64,000 bases of DNA, taken from positions 7,863 to 71,862 of the forward strand of contig NZ_JAYRYM010000002.1 of the NCBI RefSeq assembly GCF_041917035.1. The letters run 5' to 3'. A program made the position numbers and the translations under genes. This document shows positions 1-11,461 of the stretch, in pieces. The notes under the pieces were generated by a model. That model did not search any database, was not told the origin of the DNA, and saw only the letters and a program-made list of their open reading frames with translations. The stretch comes from Devosia sp. (GTDB taxonomy: Bacteria; Pseudomonadota; Alphaproteobacteria; Rhizobiales; Devosiaceae). Each line of letters opens with the position of its first letter. Position 1 is the stretch's first letter.

Positions 1-1120
1 CCGGCATCAGCTTTTTCGAGCGGGCACGTCCCGCAAGGTCCTTCACCTCTTCGGAGATCTGGCGAAGCGACTTGGTCTCGCACGCCTTCACCACCGGGGT
101 GAACAGTCCGCCCGGCACCGACACGGCCACCGCCACGTCGGCGTGCTTGTGGTAGAGGATCGAGTCACCGGCCCAGGTGGCATTGGCCGTCGGCACCTTC
201 ATCAGCGCCGCCGCCCAGGCCTTCATGACGAAGTCGTTGACCGACAGCTTGTAGGCCGGCTTGCCATCCTTGACCGGCGCCGCGCTGTTGATCTGTTCGC
301 GCGCGGCCAGCAGCGCATCGATCCGGCAATCGAGCGTCAGGTAGAAGTGCGGCACCGTCTGCTTGGACTCGGTGAGGCGTGCTGCCACGACCTTGCGCAT
401 GCCGTCGTTCGGCACGAGATCGTACGTACCCTCCGGATAGAGCGCCAGCACCTGCGCCTTGCTCATGCCTCCGGCCGGAACCGTGGCCGGCGCCGCCGGA
501 CCCGGCACTGCCGCCGGGGCGGCTGCCTTGAGCGGGGCCTTGCCCGATCTGGCCGCCTCGACATCGGACTTCACGACACGACCGCGCGGCCCGGTACCAG
601 TGATAGCCGAAACGTCGATACCGGCTTCCTTGGCCAACCGCTTGGCCAGCGGCGAAGCGAAGACACGTGCAGATCCGTTGGCCGCACCGTTTGCCGCCTT
701 TGCAGTCGCACTGGCAGCTGCCGCGCTCAGGGCCCGCCGCTCGGCCTCGACTTCAGCCGGCGCCGGGGCCGGCATAGCTGGGGCGGGATCATTGGCCGCC
801 TTAGCGGCAGGCGCCGGAGCCGCCGCCGGAGCGGGCACGGCAGCCGCCGGGGTGGCACCCGCGGCACCGGCGCTCTCTCCGTCGATCAGCAGCACCGCGA
901 TCACCGCGTTGACCTTCACGTTCTCGGTACCCTCGGGCACCATGATCTTGCCGATCTTGCCCTCGTCGACCGCCTCGACTTCCATCGTCGCCTTGTCGGT
1001 CTCGATCTCGGCAATCACGTCGCCGGAGGACACGCTGTCGCCCTCCTTCACGTGCCACTTGGCAAGCTTGCCCTCCTCCATCGTGGGGGAGAGCGCGGGC
1101 ATGGTGATGTTTATGCTCAT
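1..1120 (-). CDS. pdhC: Pyruvate dehydrogenase E2, dihydrolipoamide acetyltransferase (partial, runs off left edge)
   Basis: Reverse strand reads [22 protein letters not shown], with lipoyl motif [13 protein letters not shown]3-binding motif [15 protein letters not shown] and catalytic-domain segment [14 protein letters not shown]; downstream of pdhA/pdhB. Confidence 0.96.
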   Translation of the reverse strand, partial: MSINITMPALSPTMEEGKLAKWHVKEGDSVSSGDVIAEIETDKATMEVEAVDEGKIGKIMVPEGTENVKVNAVIAVLLIDGESAGAAGATPAAAVPAPAAAPAPAAKAANDPAPAMPAPAPAEVEAERRALSAAAASATAKAANGAANGSARVFASPLAKRLAKEAGIDVSAITGTGPRGRVVKSDVEAARSGKAPLKAAAPAAVPGPAAPATVPAGGMSKAQVLALYPEGTYDLVPNDGMRKVVAARLTESKQTVPHFYLTLDCRIDALLAAREQINSAAPVKDGKPAYKLSVNDFVMKAWAAALMKVPTANATWAGDSILYHKHADVAVAVSVPGGLFTPVVKACETKSLRQISEEVKDLAGRARSKKLMP

Positions 1121-1128
1121 GTCGTTCC

Positions 1129-1581
1129 CTACTCGCCGATATCTTCGTTCCACAAGTGCGGGTTCTTCTCGATGAACTCCGCCATCATGTGCTCGCATCG
1201 GGGCTCGTGGTGGTCGACGACCTCAACTCCGGCCAGCGACAGCACGTCCTGAAAGCCTTTGAAGTTCTTGCTCTCCGCGACGACCACGCGGGAAATCCCG
1301 AACTGGATGATCGTACCCGTGCACATCATGCAGGGCGAGAGCGTTGTATAGCAGGTGACGTCGCGATAGGTCTTCTGGCGACCGGCATTCTGGATCGCGT
1401 CCATCTCCCCGTGCAGGATCGGATCACCCTTCTGCACCCGCCGATTGTGCCCGCGCCCGATGATCTCGCCGTTGCGCACCAGCACCGAGCCGATCGGGAT
1501 GCCCCCCTCGGACAGGCCCTTCTGGGCCTCGGCGTAGGCCTCGTCGAGAAACTTCCTGTCGAGTTCCTGCTGGGTGGCCAT
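1129..1581 (-). CDS. Cytosine/nucleoside deaminase (CDA fold, yeast Fcy1-like)
   Basis: Zn motifs HGE and PCMMC; [11 protein letters not shown]; C-terminal WNEDIGE resembling fungal cytosine deaminases. Confidence 0.88.
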   Translation of the reverse strand: MATQQELDRKFLDEAYAEAQKGLSEGGIPIGSVLVRNGEIIGRGHNRRVQKGDPILHGEMDAIQNAGRQKTYRDVTCYTTLSPCMMCTGTIIQFGISRVVVAESKNFKGFQDVLSLAGVEVVDHHEPRCEHMMAEFIEKNPHLWNEDIGE

Positions 1582-1583
1582 GG

Positions 1584-2975
1584 TCAGCTCCGGTACATCA
1601 CGGCATTTACCGCCGCGATCACTTCATCCACGTTCGGCAGCGCAAGCTTCTCGAGATTTGCCGCGTAGGGCATCGGCACGTCCTTGCCGGTGATACGGGT
1701 GGGAGGCGCGTCGAGGTAGTCGAAGGCCTCGGCGACGACTCGCGCCGACAGTTCGGCTCCGATGCCACCCTGTGGCCAGCCCTCTTCCACCGTCACCAGC
1801 CGCCCGGTCTTCTTCACCGATTCGACGACACTGGCGCTGTCCATGGGACGCAGGGTGCGCAGGTCGATCAGTTCGACATCGATGCCCGCCGCGACCAGCT
1901 TCTCGGTGGCCTGGGTGGCATAGCGCATGCCCATCGAGAACGAGACGATGGTGACGTCCCTGCCCGCCCGGGCAATCCGTGCCTTGCCGATCGGCAGCAC
2001 GTAGTCCTCGACCTTGGGCACCAGCCCCGTCGAGCCATAGAGGATCTCGTTCTCGAGGAAGACGATCGGGTTGTTCGAGCGGATCGCAGCCTTGAGCAGC
2101 CCCTTGGCATCGGCCGCGCTGAAGGGCGCCACCACCCAGAGCCCGGGGACATGGCTGTACCAGGCCGAATAGTCCTGGCTGTGCTGCGCGCCGACCCGTG
2201 CCGCGGCACCGTTCGGACCGCGGAAGACGATCGGTGCGGTCACCTGTCCGCCGGACATGTAGAGCTGCTTTGCCGCCGAGTTGATGATCTGGTCGATCGC
2301 CTGCATGGCGAAGTTCCAGGTCATGAACTCGACGATCGGGCGCAGGCCGGCGAACGCGGCGCCGACGGCCAGCCCGGCAAAGCCATGCTCTGTGATCGGG
2401 GTATCGATGACCCGCTTCGGGCCGAACTCCTGCAGCAGCCCCTGGCTGATCTTGTAGGCGCCCTGGTACTCGGCCACTTCCTCGCCCATGAGGAAGACGT
2501 CCTTGTCGCGCCGCATCTCTTCGGCCATCGCCTCGTTGAGGGCCTGTCGGACGGTCATTTCCACCATCTCGACGCCGGCGGGCAGGTCGGGATCGGCCGC
2601 CGCCTCGAACCTGGGGGCCATGGGCGCGGCGGCCAGGGAGGGAGCTGCGGCGGCGGCCTCCCGCACCGGCGCCAGGGGAGCCGCCGCAGGCTCCGGAACC
2701 GTCGGGGCTGCCGGCGCCGACGGCGCCGCGGCCTCGCCGTCGGCCTGCACCTGAGCGATGGGGGTATTCACCTTGACGCCCTCGCTGCCCTCGGCAACCA
2801 GGATCGCAACCACCGTGCCGCTGTCGACGCTCTCGACCTCCATCGTCGCCTTGTCGGTCTCGATCTCGGCGATGACGTCGCCCGGCTTGACGACGTCCCC
2901 CTGCTTGACCAGCCACTTCGACAGTTTGCCCTCTTCCATGGTCGGCGACAGGGCAGGCATCAGGATTGTGGGCAT
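1584..2975 (-). CDS. pdhB: Pyruvate dehydrogenase E1 beta subunit with N-terminal lipoyl domain
   Basis: [16 protein letters not shown] lipoyl domain, then [19 protein letters not shown] and AQHSQ; start chosen at ATG 2975. Confidence 0.97.
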   Translation of the reverse strand: MPTILMPALSPTMEEGKLSKWLVKQGDVVKPGDVIAEIETDKATMEVESVDSGTVVAILVAEGSEGVKVNTPIAQVQADGEAAAPSAPAAPTVPEPAAAPLAPVREAAAAAPSLAAAPMAPRFEAAADPDLPAGVEMVEMTVRQALNEAMAEEMRRDKDVFLMGEEVAEYQGAYKISQGLLQEFGPKRVIDTPITEHGFAGLAVGAAFAGLRPIVEFMTWNFAMQAIDQIINSAAKQLYMSGGQVTAPIVFRGPNGAAARVGAQHSQDYSAWYSHVPGLWVVAPFSAADAKGLLKAAIRSNNPIVFLENEILYGSTGLVPKVEDYVLPIGKARIARAGRDVTIVSFSMGMRYATQATEKLVAAGIDVELIDLRTLRPMDSASVVESVKKTGRLVTVEEGWPQGGIGAELSARVVAEAFDYLDAPPTRITGKDVPMPYAANLEKLALPNVDEVIAAVNAVMYRS

Positions 2976-3068
2976 CTCTTGCTCCGCAGGGCGATCAGGC
3001 GGCCATGCCGCGGCTATTGAAAGGTTTCGGCGAGTGAACTGCACCAGGCCATTCCGCGTCCGTCGTCC

Positions 3069-3344
3069 TCAGACGAACTTGCGCCACACCAGCAGCGCCA
3101 CCAGGCCGAACAGCGCCAGAAGTGTGATGCCGCGCAATGCGCGAAACCACAGCGGATAACGTCCGCCGGCCCGCGCCTCTGCCTCGACCATGGCGCGGCG
3201 AATCTGCGGCCAGTTCTGGATGGTGTCGATCAGTCGTCGGAGCGACGCGAACAGGCTGCGACCGACCCACGCGAAATAGGCCGCAAACAGGGCCGCGACA
3301 CCACCCGCCAGCGCCCACGCCGTCCAGTCGTCCAGTCCACTCAT
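3069..3344 (-). CDS. Small two-TM membrane protein of unknown function
   Basis: 91 aa ORF with two hydrophobic segments, same strand, between pdhA and pdhB. Confidence 0.65.
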   Translation of the reverse strand: MSGLDDWTAWALAGGVAALFAAYFAWVGRSLFASLRRLIDTIQNWPQIRRAMVEAEARAGGRYPLWFRALRGITLLALFGLVALLVWRKFV

Positions 3345-3428
3345 GGTTCTTGCCGCGCTCCGCCACCGATGCGGACAGATGCTCCGCGTCGCGGCTCATG
3401 CGCCGTCCGGCGAGGATCGCCATCGCCA

Positions 3429-4439
3429 TCATGCCGCGTAGACATCCGTCCACAGCTCCGAGGCATCCGGCTCGGGGTCGGTCGTGGCAAAATCCGCGGC
3501 CTCGGTGACGATGGCCCGGATCTCTGTCTCGACCTGTTTCAGTGCTTCCTCTGTCGCATGGCCCTTCTCGATGATGCGGCTCTTCACCTGTTCGATAGGG
3601 TCGTGCTCGGCGCGCATCGTCGCCACTTCGTCCTTGCTGCGGTACTTGGCCGGGTCGGACATGGAGTGGCCGCGATAGCGGTAGGTCAGCATCTCGAGGA
3701 TGTACGGCCCCTTGCCGGAGCGGGCATGTTCGATCGCGCGCTTGGCGGCGTCATAGGTCATGCGCACATCCATGCCGTCGACCTGCTCGCCATCTATGCC
3801 GAAGGAAATGCCGCGTCTGGACAGGTTCGGTTGGCCCGACGCCCGCTCGACCGCCGTTCCCATCCCGTATCGGTTGTTCTCGATGATGTAGACCACCGGC
3901 AGGTTCCACAGCTTCGCCATGTTGAAGCTCTCGTAGACCTGACCCTGGTTGGCGGCCCCGTCACCGAAATAGGCGATCGCAACGGTGCCGTCTTCGCGGT
4001 ACTTGGAGGCAAACCCCAGGCCAGTGCCGAGCGAGGCCTGCGCCCCGACGATGCCGTTGCCGCCGTAGAAGCGATGCTCGTTCGAGAACATGTGCATCGA
4101 GCCGCCCTTACCCTTGGACAACCCGCCCTTCCGTCCGGTCAGCTCGGCCATCACGCCCTTGGGGTCGAGACCCATGACCAGCATGTGGCCATGGTCACGG
4201 TAGCCGGTGATCTGCGCGTCCTTGCCCTTCTGGGATGCCATGGTGACTCCGGTCACCACTGCTTCCTGGCCGATGTAGAGGTGACAGAAACCCCCGATCA
4301 GGCCCATGCCGTACATCTGGCCGGCCTTCTCCTCGAAGCGGCGAATGAGCAGCATGTCGCGATAGGCCTCGAGTTCCTGCGCCTTGCTGAGTTCGGGGAC
4401 ATTGGACTGGGCCGATTTGGCCGCGGGCTTACGCGCCAT
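3429..4439 (-). CDS. pdhA: Pyruvate dehydrogenase E1 alpha subunit
   Basis: GFCHLYIGQEA, GKGGSMH, TPP motif GDGA...NN, TYRYRGHSMSDP. Confidence 0.98.
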   Translation of the reverse strand: MARKPAAKSAQSNVPELSKAQELEAYRDMLLIRRFEEKAGQMYGMGLIGGFCHLYIGQEAVVTGVTMASQKGKDAQITGYRDHGHMLVMGLDPKGVMAELTGRKGGLSKGKGGSMHMFSNEHRFYGGNGIVGAQASLGTGLGFASKYREDGTVAIAYFGDGAANQGQVYESFNMAKLWNLPVVYIIENNRYGMGTAVERASGQPNLSRRGISFGIDGEQVDGMDVRMTYDAAKRAIEHARSGKGPYILEMLTYRYRGHSMSDPAKYRSKDEVATMRAEHDPIEQVKSRIIEKGHATEEALKQVETEIRAIVTEAADFATTDPEPDASELWTDVYAA

Positions 4440-4553
4440 GGGCGAGGACTCCGAGTGGAATGGCCATACTCGACCGCTGGGCCGATATCGCCGTACAATA
4501 GCCGAAACGTCCCGAAAAGGCTAACTCCCCCGGCGCGTTAGGGAACGCAGCTA

Positions 4554-4949
4554 TCAGTCTATTCCGACTTCGATTTTGTCGGTTAACTGATCTGCGGTTG
4601 ATGCATTGGCTGAACCGAAAATCGGTTGACCAGTGACGGGGTCCAGCATCACAAGGATGTCGCCCGGCTGCGCCAGGGATAGCAATGCACGGGCACGCTC
4701 TGAAACCAGGTCAGGGTCAAGGCTGGACGATCTGAACAGCCCGATCCGATGCCGGTATGAGTCGATTTCGGCCTGCAGTGCGGCCGATCTGGCACCGAGT
4801 TCGTCGATCTCGGCCTCCAGCACATCCTGACTCTCGATCCCGAACTGCCCGGTGAAGAAGCTGTAGCCAAGGTAGCCCTGGAACGCCAGGAGCCCCGAAG
4901 TCATCAGCAGGTGACGCCAGAAGGCGGGACGTTTGAGGCGGGTGGACAT
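4554..4949 (-). CDS. ftsB: Septum formation initiator FtsB/DivIC
   Basis: N-terminal TM helix, coiled coil, LDPDLVSERARALL; conserved position between eno and pdhA. Confidence 0.8.
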   Translation of the reverse strand: MSTRLKRPAFWRHLLMTSGLLAFQGYLGYSFFTGQFGIESQDVLEAEIDELGARSAALQAEIDSYRHRIGLFRSSSLDPDLVSERARALLSLAQPGDILVMLDPVTGQPIFGSANASTADQLTDKIEVGID

Positions 4950-5033
4950 GTATGCGCCATGTTCGCGTATAGGCACTGTCCTTATAGTTTGCCGCACCTT
5001 AACAGGCGGTGGACAAGCAGCGGCCACCTCACC

Positions 5034-6995
5034 TCACCCGCAGGTCTCGCGGTAGAGTTCGACGAGAAAGCTGTTGGCGAGCGGTACCTTGTGGGGCTCG
5101 TAGTCATCGAAGTCCGTCCGCGTCGAGATCGTCATTTCGGCGGGCGCGACCTCGAACAGCACATCCAGTATCTCTTCGACGACTGCCTGATCGGTCGTCC
5201 CGATGCCCAGATCGCCCAGCGACTGGGCGTAGCCCGCTTCATTGATCGGCCAGTAGCCATCGTCGCCGATGAAGATTGCCAACTCCAGCCGGAACGCGGC
5301 CTCGAGCGCATCCTGCTTCTGGAAATCGTCGGAATAGAAGGCCAGTTCGTGCGCGCCCGTCCCCGGGAAGCACCTGAACTCGACCCAACCGCCGGACGGT
5401 GCAGCATTGGCGCGAAGGACCGCCAGCGCACCAAGCGCTTCGGCCACCTCGCCATCGAGTAGCTCCCAGCCCACCACGGGTGAAGGAAGGGGGTTGGCGA
5501 TGCGATCGTACTCGTCCGGGGCCAGGCAGAGCCTGGCGAAATCCCTGGCCGCCGCCTCCGCCCGTTCCCCTTTGGGAAGCTGTCCGGTGTAGACGACGCC
5601 CGAGGTTGTCACGATGTTGAGCCGAATGTCCTCGGCGCTGTTGGCAAGCCGCACGACCATGTCGCTGATCTGGTAGACATTGGTGCTCTGCAGGTAGCGC
5701 AACGGCCCCTCGCTCCAGCTCTCGGCGATGAACCTGAAGTCGGAGTCGTCAACCAGGACGGCCACGGAGTCGGTGGCCGGCCCGGTATCGGCGATCAGGC
5801 CGGGGTTCACCTCGATGCCGAAGAATGGCTGGCCGGCAGCGTCGCAGGCCAGCAGTACCGATGCCTTGCCGTCCTCCGTACTGACGACCAGAGTGTGGTC
5901 CGGAAGCGCATCACTGGGCTTGCTCCGCAACGTCCATTCCGCGACGACGCGATCGGGAGTGGCTGCCTCCGGGGCTGCCGGCGTGTCTGCCACTGCCGGT
6001 GCCGCGTCGAAGCACTGCGACCGGAACTGGGCGACCGCCTGAGCGAGACCCTGCAGGTTCTTTGCCGGCCAGCGGGTCACCATGCCGCTCGTGTAGCTCT
6101 CGATGGTCATGGCGACTTCGGTGGTGGCGGAGCCGACGGCCTCGATCAGGCCCTGAACGTACTCGGGCTCGGAGTAGTAGCGGACACCGGCGGAGCCGTC
6201 GGACCGCGCGAAGTGCTCCCCGGGGGCGCTGCGCTGATCGCCGTCGACCTCGATCCTCAGCGTCAGGCCGACATCTCCCGCCTCATATGGAAAGGTCGAG
6301 GGATTGGTCGAAAGAAACGCCACTTCGGGTCGCCTCAGTCCGTCGCAATAGGCATGGAAGAAGCCGCCCTGGTCCAGGTCGCCGACCAGCGTCGCCTGCG
6401 TCCCGCCATTGACGGGGTCGGGCTCCACCGTGACGCCCCAGGCTGACAGGGCCATGGCGGGTTGCGCCACGGGAGCACTCCCGAAGCACTTCGCGATGAA
6501 GGCCCTGCCCGCCGCGGTCGATCCCTTGGCGCCAAGCGACATCGGGTGCTCAGCGCCGCTGGTAGTCTGCACCAGCACCACGCTGATGCTCGACTTGGCG
6601 GCGACGATATCCTCCACGATGGCCCGGGCGTCGGCGAGGCCGTTGCGATAGCGGGTGCCGAGCCAACCCGGGGCATGTCGGTAGTACTCGGCCGCGCTCT
6701 GCCAACTCTGACCGGTATCCGACTGTACACGGAGCGCCACCGGCTCTGCGTTCGGCCAGGTTTCGGCGTTCTCGCCGTCATAGGTGAGAAGCGCGATCTG
6801 GCGCTCCGAGGCACGGCACCAGACCTGGAAGAAGACCTTGTCGCTCAGCGCTGCCCGAAGCGTGTAGGTCGGCTGTCCGGAGACGTCGACCTCCTCCAGC
6901 ATCTGCCACTGCGCCAAGGCAGGGGACGCGAGAAGCAACGAGAGGGACGTGAGAAACAGAAGGGCCAGGAAATGCAGTCGCGCGCTGACAAGCAA
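5034..6995 (-). CDS. Secreted hypothetical protein with four tandem two-cysteine domains
   Basis: Signal peptide ending in ALA-Q; four ~145-aa units, each W...C...F/LxxxC, joined by Pro/Ala linkers. Confidence 0.8.
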   Translation of the reverse strand: MLVSARLHFLALLFLTSLSLLLASPALAQWQMLEEVDVSGQPTYTLRAALSDKVFFQVWCRASERQIALLTYDGENAETWPNAEPVALRVQSDTGQSWQSAAEYYRHAPGWLGTRYRNGLADARAIVEDIVAAKSSISVVLVQTTSGAEHPMSLGAKGSTAAGRAFIAKCFGSAPVAQPAMALSAWGVTVEPDPVNGGTQATLVGDLDQGGFFHAYCDGLRRPEVAFLSTNPSTFPYEAGDVGLTLRIEVDGDQRSAPGEHFARSDGSAGVRYYSEPEYVQGLIEAVGSATTEVAMTIESYTSGMVTRWPAKNLQGLAQAVAQFRSQCFDAAPAVADTPAAPEAATPDRVVAEWTLRSKPSDALPDHTLVVSTEDGKASVLLACDAAGQPFFGIEVNPGLIADTGPATDSVAVLVDDSDFRFIAESWSEGPLRYLQSTNVYQISDMVVRLANSAEDIRLNIVTTSGVVYTGQLPKGERAEAAARDFARLCLAPDEYDRIANPLPSPVVGWELLDGEVAEALGALAVLRANAAPSGGWVEFRCFPGTGAHELAFYSDDFQKQDALEAAFRLELAIFIGDDGYWPINEAGYAQSLGDLGIGTTDQAVVEEILDVLFEVAPAEMTISTRTDFDDYEPHKVPLANSFLVELYRETCG

Positions 6996-7065
6996 AACCC
7001 ACCCCCATTGTTGGCAGCGAGCTTATCGCTTCCGCGAGGATTGGCAATCGCGTGACGATAGGCTC

Positions 7066-7470
7066 CTAGTTCCCCTCCGGCAGGCTGAGGTCCACTTCGA
7101 CCATGTTGGCGCAGAACACCGCCTCACCACGCAGCCATTCGTTCTGAATGCCGCCTTCTGCATTGATCTCATCGATGACGGCGACGAGACGATCGACCTT
7201 CTGCTGGTCGGTCAGGTCCGACGGCCGTGCCGCGTCGGCCCGCGCCTGCAGCCGATCGCCGGCCTCGCGCAACGCGTCGACATTCGCGGCCGTGTAGCTG
7301 TCCTTGGCCTGTCCGATCAGGACGACGCAGCGGAGCGCGTCATCGTAGTCGTCGGCAATGGCGGGCAGGACAAGCGGTCCGCCGAGCAACGCAACCGCCA
7401 CCGGGACCGCCCCGAGGCGCACCCACACGGAAACCGCTACCCTTCCCCTGCCGTCGACTTCTCGACGCAT
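7066..7470 (-). CDS. Small exported hypothetical protein (start uncertain)
   Basis: Hydrophobic signal-like segment ending PAIA-DD; two Cys; directly downstream of eno. Confidence 0.6.
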   Translation of the reverse strand: MRREVDGRGRVAVSVWVRLGAVPVAVALLGGPLVLPAIADDYDDALRCVVLIGQAKDSYTAANVDALREAGDRLQARADAARPSDLTDQQKVDRLVAVIDEINAEGGIQNEWLRGEAVFCANMVEVDLSLPEGN

Positions 7471-7488
7471 GCTTCGTGCCTCTCCGCC

Positions 7489-8802
<1,314 letters not shown>

Positions 8803-8849
8803 CTAGACCAGGGTTGTGACAACTGGAAGAGGGGCCGGCCGGATTTTTG

Positions 8850-9821
8850 TCAGCGCGCCGCGTGTGCTCCGTCTATTCGCCCGTTCGCCAAGAGCCAGGT
8901 CACCGCCTCTTCGACGGCAGCCAGGGAGGAATAGCGCGGCTGGTAGCCGAGCAGCCGCTGCCCCTTGGCGATCGAGTGGCTGGGGCTGCGTGCGATGTGC
9001 TCCCAGGTGGCCTGCGCCTCCTCGTCCGGCTGCGTCGTTTTCCACTGCTCGAACGGGAGGTAGTTCAGCCGGGGCTCATGCCCGAAGAATCGGTACATGT
9101 GCTCGGCATAGCCCCTGAGGTTCACCGCCTGCGGCGACACGGCGTTGAACGCCTCCCCGATCGAGCCGCTCCAGTTGGCCATCGCTCTCGTAACGAGCTG
9201 TGCCACGTCGTCCGCATGCACGTGGTGCACCGTCTCGAGCCCGAAATTCGGCAGCAGGAGTTCTTCGCCCCGTGCGATCTGCGAGAACACGGCAGAATTG
9301 AAATGCCCGGCCGGATTCAGCGGATCCCATCCCGGCCCGACGATGTGTCCCGGCCGGAACACCGTCGCCGGAAACCCCGCGCGCCGCGCCTCGCCGAGCA
9401 GAAAGGCCTCGATCGCCGCCTTCTGCGTCCCGTAGGCACCGAAGGCATTGTGCGGCTGATCCTCGGTTGCCGGCACCGCGGCATTGTGGCCGTAGACCCA
9501 GATCGTGCCGCAATGGAGGAAGTGCTGCACCCTTCCCCGCAGCGCCTCGACCAGGTGCCGAGCGCTGCCGAGGGTGAAGCAGATCATGTCGATCACCACG
9601 TCGCCGCCAAGTGCTGCAATGGCGGTTCCGAAGCTGTCGTCGGACTCTGCGGCCGCGCGGTCGATATGCACCGTCTCGACCCACTTCCAGGCCCCATGAG
9701 CCTGGTACGGCGCGCGCTGGCCGCGCGTCACGTTGACGACGGCGTGACCGGCCTCGACCAGCCGTGGCACCAGGTAGGTCCCGACATGCCCGCTGCCTCC
9801 GATGATGACCACGCGCGCCAT
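8850..9821 (-). CDS. NAD-dependent epimerase/dehydratase (extended SDR)
   Basis: GGSGHVG Rossmann motif; YGTQK (YxxxK). Confidence 0.85.
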   Translation of the reverse strand: MARVVIIGGSGHVGTYLVPRLVEAGHAVVNVTRGQRAPYQAHGAWKWVETVHIDRAAAESDDSFGTAIAALGGDVVIDMICFTLGSARHLVEALRGRVQHFLHCGTIWVYGHNAAVPATEDQPHNAFGAYGTQKAAIEAFLLGEARRAGFPATVFRPGHIVGPGWDPLNPAGHFNSAVFSQIARGEELLLPNFGLETVHHVHADDVAQLVTRAMANWSGSIGEAFNAVSPQAVNLRGYAEHMYRFFGHEPRLNYLPFEQWKTTQPDEEAQATWEHIARSPSHSIAKGQRLLGYQPRYSSLAAVEEAVTWLLANGRIDGAHAAR

Positions 9822-9901
9822 ATCCGCCTCCCACGCAAATTCGCGGGCAGACTATCGCGGGCTGGCCGAAATCGCACCAGCCCGACCACGCCTCTACAGT
9901 G

Positions 9902-9928
9902 AAAAGGGCGGCGCGCGTGCACCGCCCT
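9902..9928 (-). terminator. Probable intrinsic terminator of the PRC-barrel gene
   Basis: AGGGCGG...CCGCCCT stem followed by TTTT on the minus strand, just past the stop. Confidence 0.6.
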
Positions 9929-9951
9929 CCCCCATCGACCTGGGCGCGCCG

Positions 9952-10317
9952 TCAGTTCCAGTATTTCGGAACCTGATAGTAGTCGAATGCCCGGTCCCGA
10001 TGCGCCGCACCGTCGTCGCGGGTCAGCGCGTTGATGGTGTCGCTGGGCGCGGCCTTCAGCTGCTCCTTGGTGTAGGGCACGACATAGGCCTGTTCGGCCT
10101 CGTCGTAGTCGAGCACCGACCACGGAAGCGGATGGTACTTCTCGCCGATGCCGAGCAGCCCGCCAAATCCCACCACCGCGAACATGACGGCGTTCTGGGT
10201 CTTGTCGAGCACCACGTCCTCGATCTTGCCGATCACGTTGCCCTCGTTGTCCTTCACGTCGGTGCCGATCACGAGCGAAGCACGAATGGCACTGGTGTGG
10301 CCGCTGAGCGTTGTCAT
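9952..10317 (-). CDS. PRC-barrel domain protein
   Basis: IGTDVKD-x-EG-x-x-IGKIEDVV, FGGLLGIGEKYHPLPW, YVV. Confidence 0.9.
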   Translation of the reverse strand: MTTLSGHTSAIRASLVIGTDVKDNEGNVIGKIEDVVLDKTQNAVMFAVVGFGGLLGIGEKYHPLPWSVLDYDEAEQAYVVPYTKEQLKAAPSDTINALTRDDGAAHRDRAFDYYQVPKYWN

Positions 10318-10349
10318 GGAGCGTCTCCTTTGTTGGATGGTCCTGCCGG

Positions 10350-10375
10350 AACGTGCCGGCGTCGGCTTCGGTTCC
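10350..10375 (-). promoter_or_regulatory. EcfG/SigT/RpoE2 general-stress-response promoter
   Basis: Minus strand GGAAC-N17-CGTT about 30 nt upstream of the PRC-barrel start; matches the alphaproteobacterial GSR sigma consensus. Confidence 0.8.
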
Positions 10376-10458
10376 GATTGAACGACAGCGCACCCTTGCT
10401 CGAGCGGCTGTTTTATCGTTAATATGCGCCTCGAAACCTAGGATGTTTTTCTCTCGAG

Positions 10459-10890
10459 GTGGGAACCGTGGTGGCAATCGTCAGGCAAGTGGCGCATGTG
10501 TGCATCTTCGCACGCGACCTCGACGCGACCGAGGCGTTCTGGTCGGGCGTCCTCGGCCTGCCCGTGGCGTTCCGCTTCACCCGCAACGGTGCGCCCTACG
10601 GATTCTATCTCACCGCCGGCGGCACGACGAACATCGAGGTGTTCCTCAAGGCTGCTGCGGCCTTTGCCGAGACCGATCAGATCAACCACATCTGCCTCGA
10701 GGTGCACTCACTGGACGACGCCATCGCCGCGATCCGGGCGCAGGGTGTGGCCATCACCGACAAGAAGCTCGGCGTCGATGACACCTGGCAGGCCTGGACC
10801 GCGGATCCGAACGGCGTGAAGATCGAGCTCTTCGAGTACACCTCGCGCAGCGCCCAGTTCGTCGGAGGGGACAGGGCAGCGAACTGGTAG
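10459..10890 (+). CDS. VOC/glyoxalase family protein
   Basis: AHVCI...FW...LGL, NHICLEV, DPNGVKIEL. Confidence 0.88.
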   Translation: MGTVVAIVRQVAHVCIFARDLDATEAFWSGVLGLPVAFRFTRNGAPYGFYLTAGGTTNIEVFLKAAAAFAETDQINHICLEVHSLDDAIAAIRAQGVAITDKKLGVDDTWQAWTADPNGVKIELFEYTSRSAQFVGGDRAANW

Positions 10891-10899
10891 GCCTGAGGT

Positions 10900-11361
10900 C
10901 TACCGACTTGCCTGCCCGCGCAGCGCTCGCTGCACCGCTTCGTCGAAGGCCTGCAGGAAGGCCTGGCGTTCTTTCGCACTGAACCCGGCGTTGAAGCCCC
11001 GGCTCTCTCCGGTCTCCCTCAGGTGCTGGTTCAGCTCCCGCATGGCGAGCGCCATGCCGATCGATTGCGCGGTGAACGGCCGGCCCGTCGGCCCGAGGAC
11101 GATCGCGCCCTGCTGCAGAGCCCGGCCGGCCAGCGGGATGTCCGAGGTTACCACCAGATCACCCGCGGCGATGTGGCTGACGATCCAGTCGTCGGCCGCG
11201 TCCGCTCCCTGGGGGACCATGACGTTGCGGATCATCGGGTCGCGCGAGGGCCGAAGGCCGAAATTGGCGACGAAGATCGTGACCACCCCGTGGCGCCCGG
11301 CGACTCGCAGCACCTCGTCCTTGACCGGGCAGGCATCGGCGTCCACGTAGATTTCGGGCAT
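10900..11361 (-). CDS. YaiI/YqxD family protein (UPF0178)
   Basis: IYVDADACPVK, DAADDWI, VVTSDIPLA. Confidence 0.93.
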   Translation of the reverse strand: MPEIYVDADACPVKDEVLRVAGRHGVVTIFVANFGLRPSRDPMIRNVMVPQGADAADDWIVSHIAAGDLVVTSDIPLAGRALQQGAIVLGPTGRPFTAQSIGMALAMRELNQHLRETGESRGFNAGFSAKERQAFLQAFDEAVQRALRGQASR

Positions 11362-11461
11362 CCAATTGCCTCCGCTTCGTCCAACCGGCTATCGCGTCTC
11401 ACATTGAGGCCGCAATGGCCGTCCATCGCTTGGCCGCAGAAAAACGGCCCGGGATTCGACC

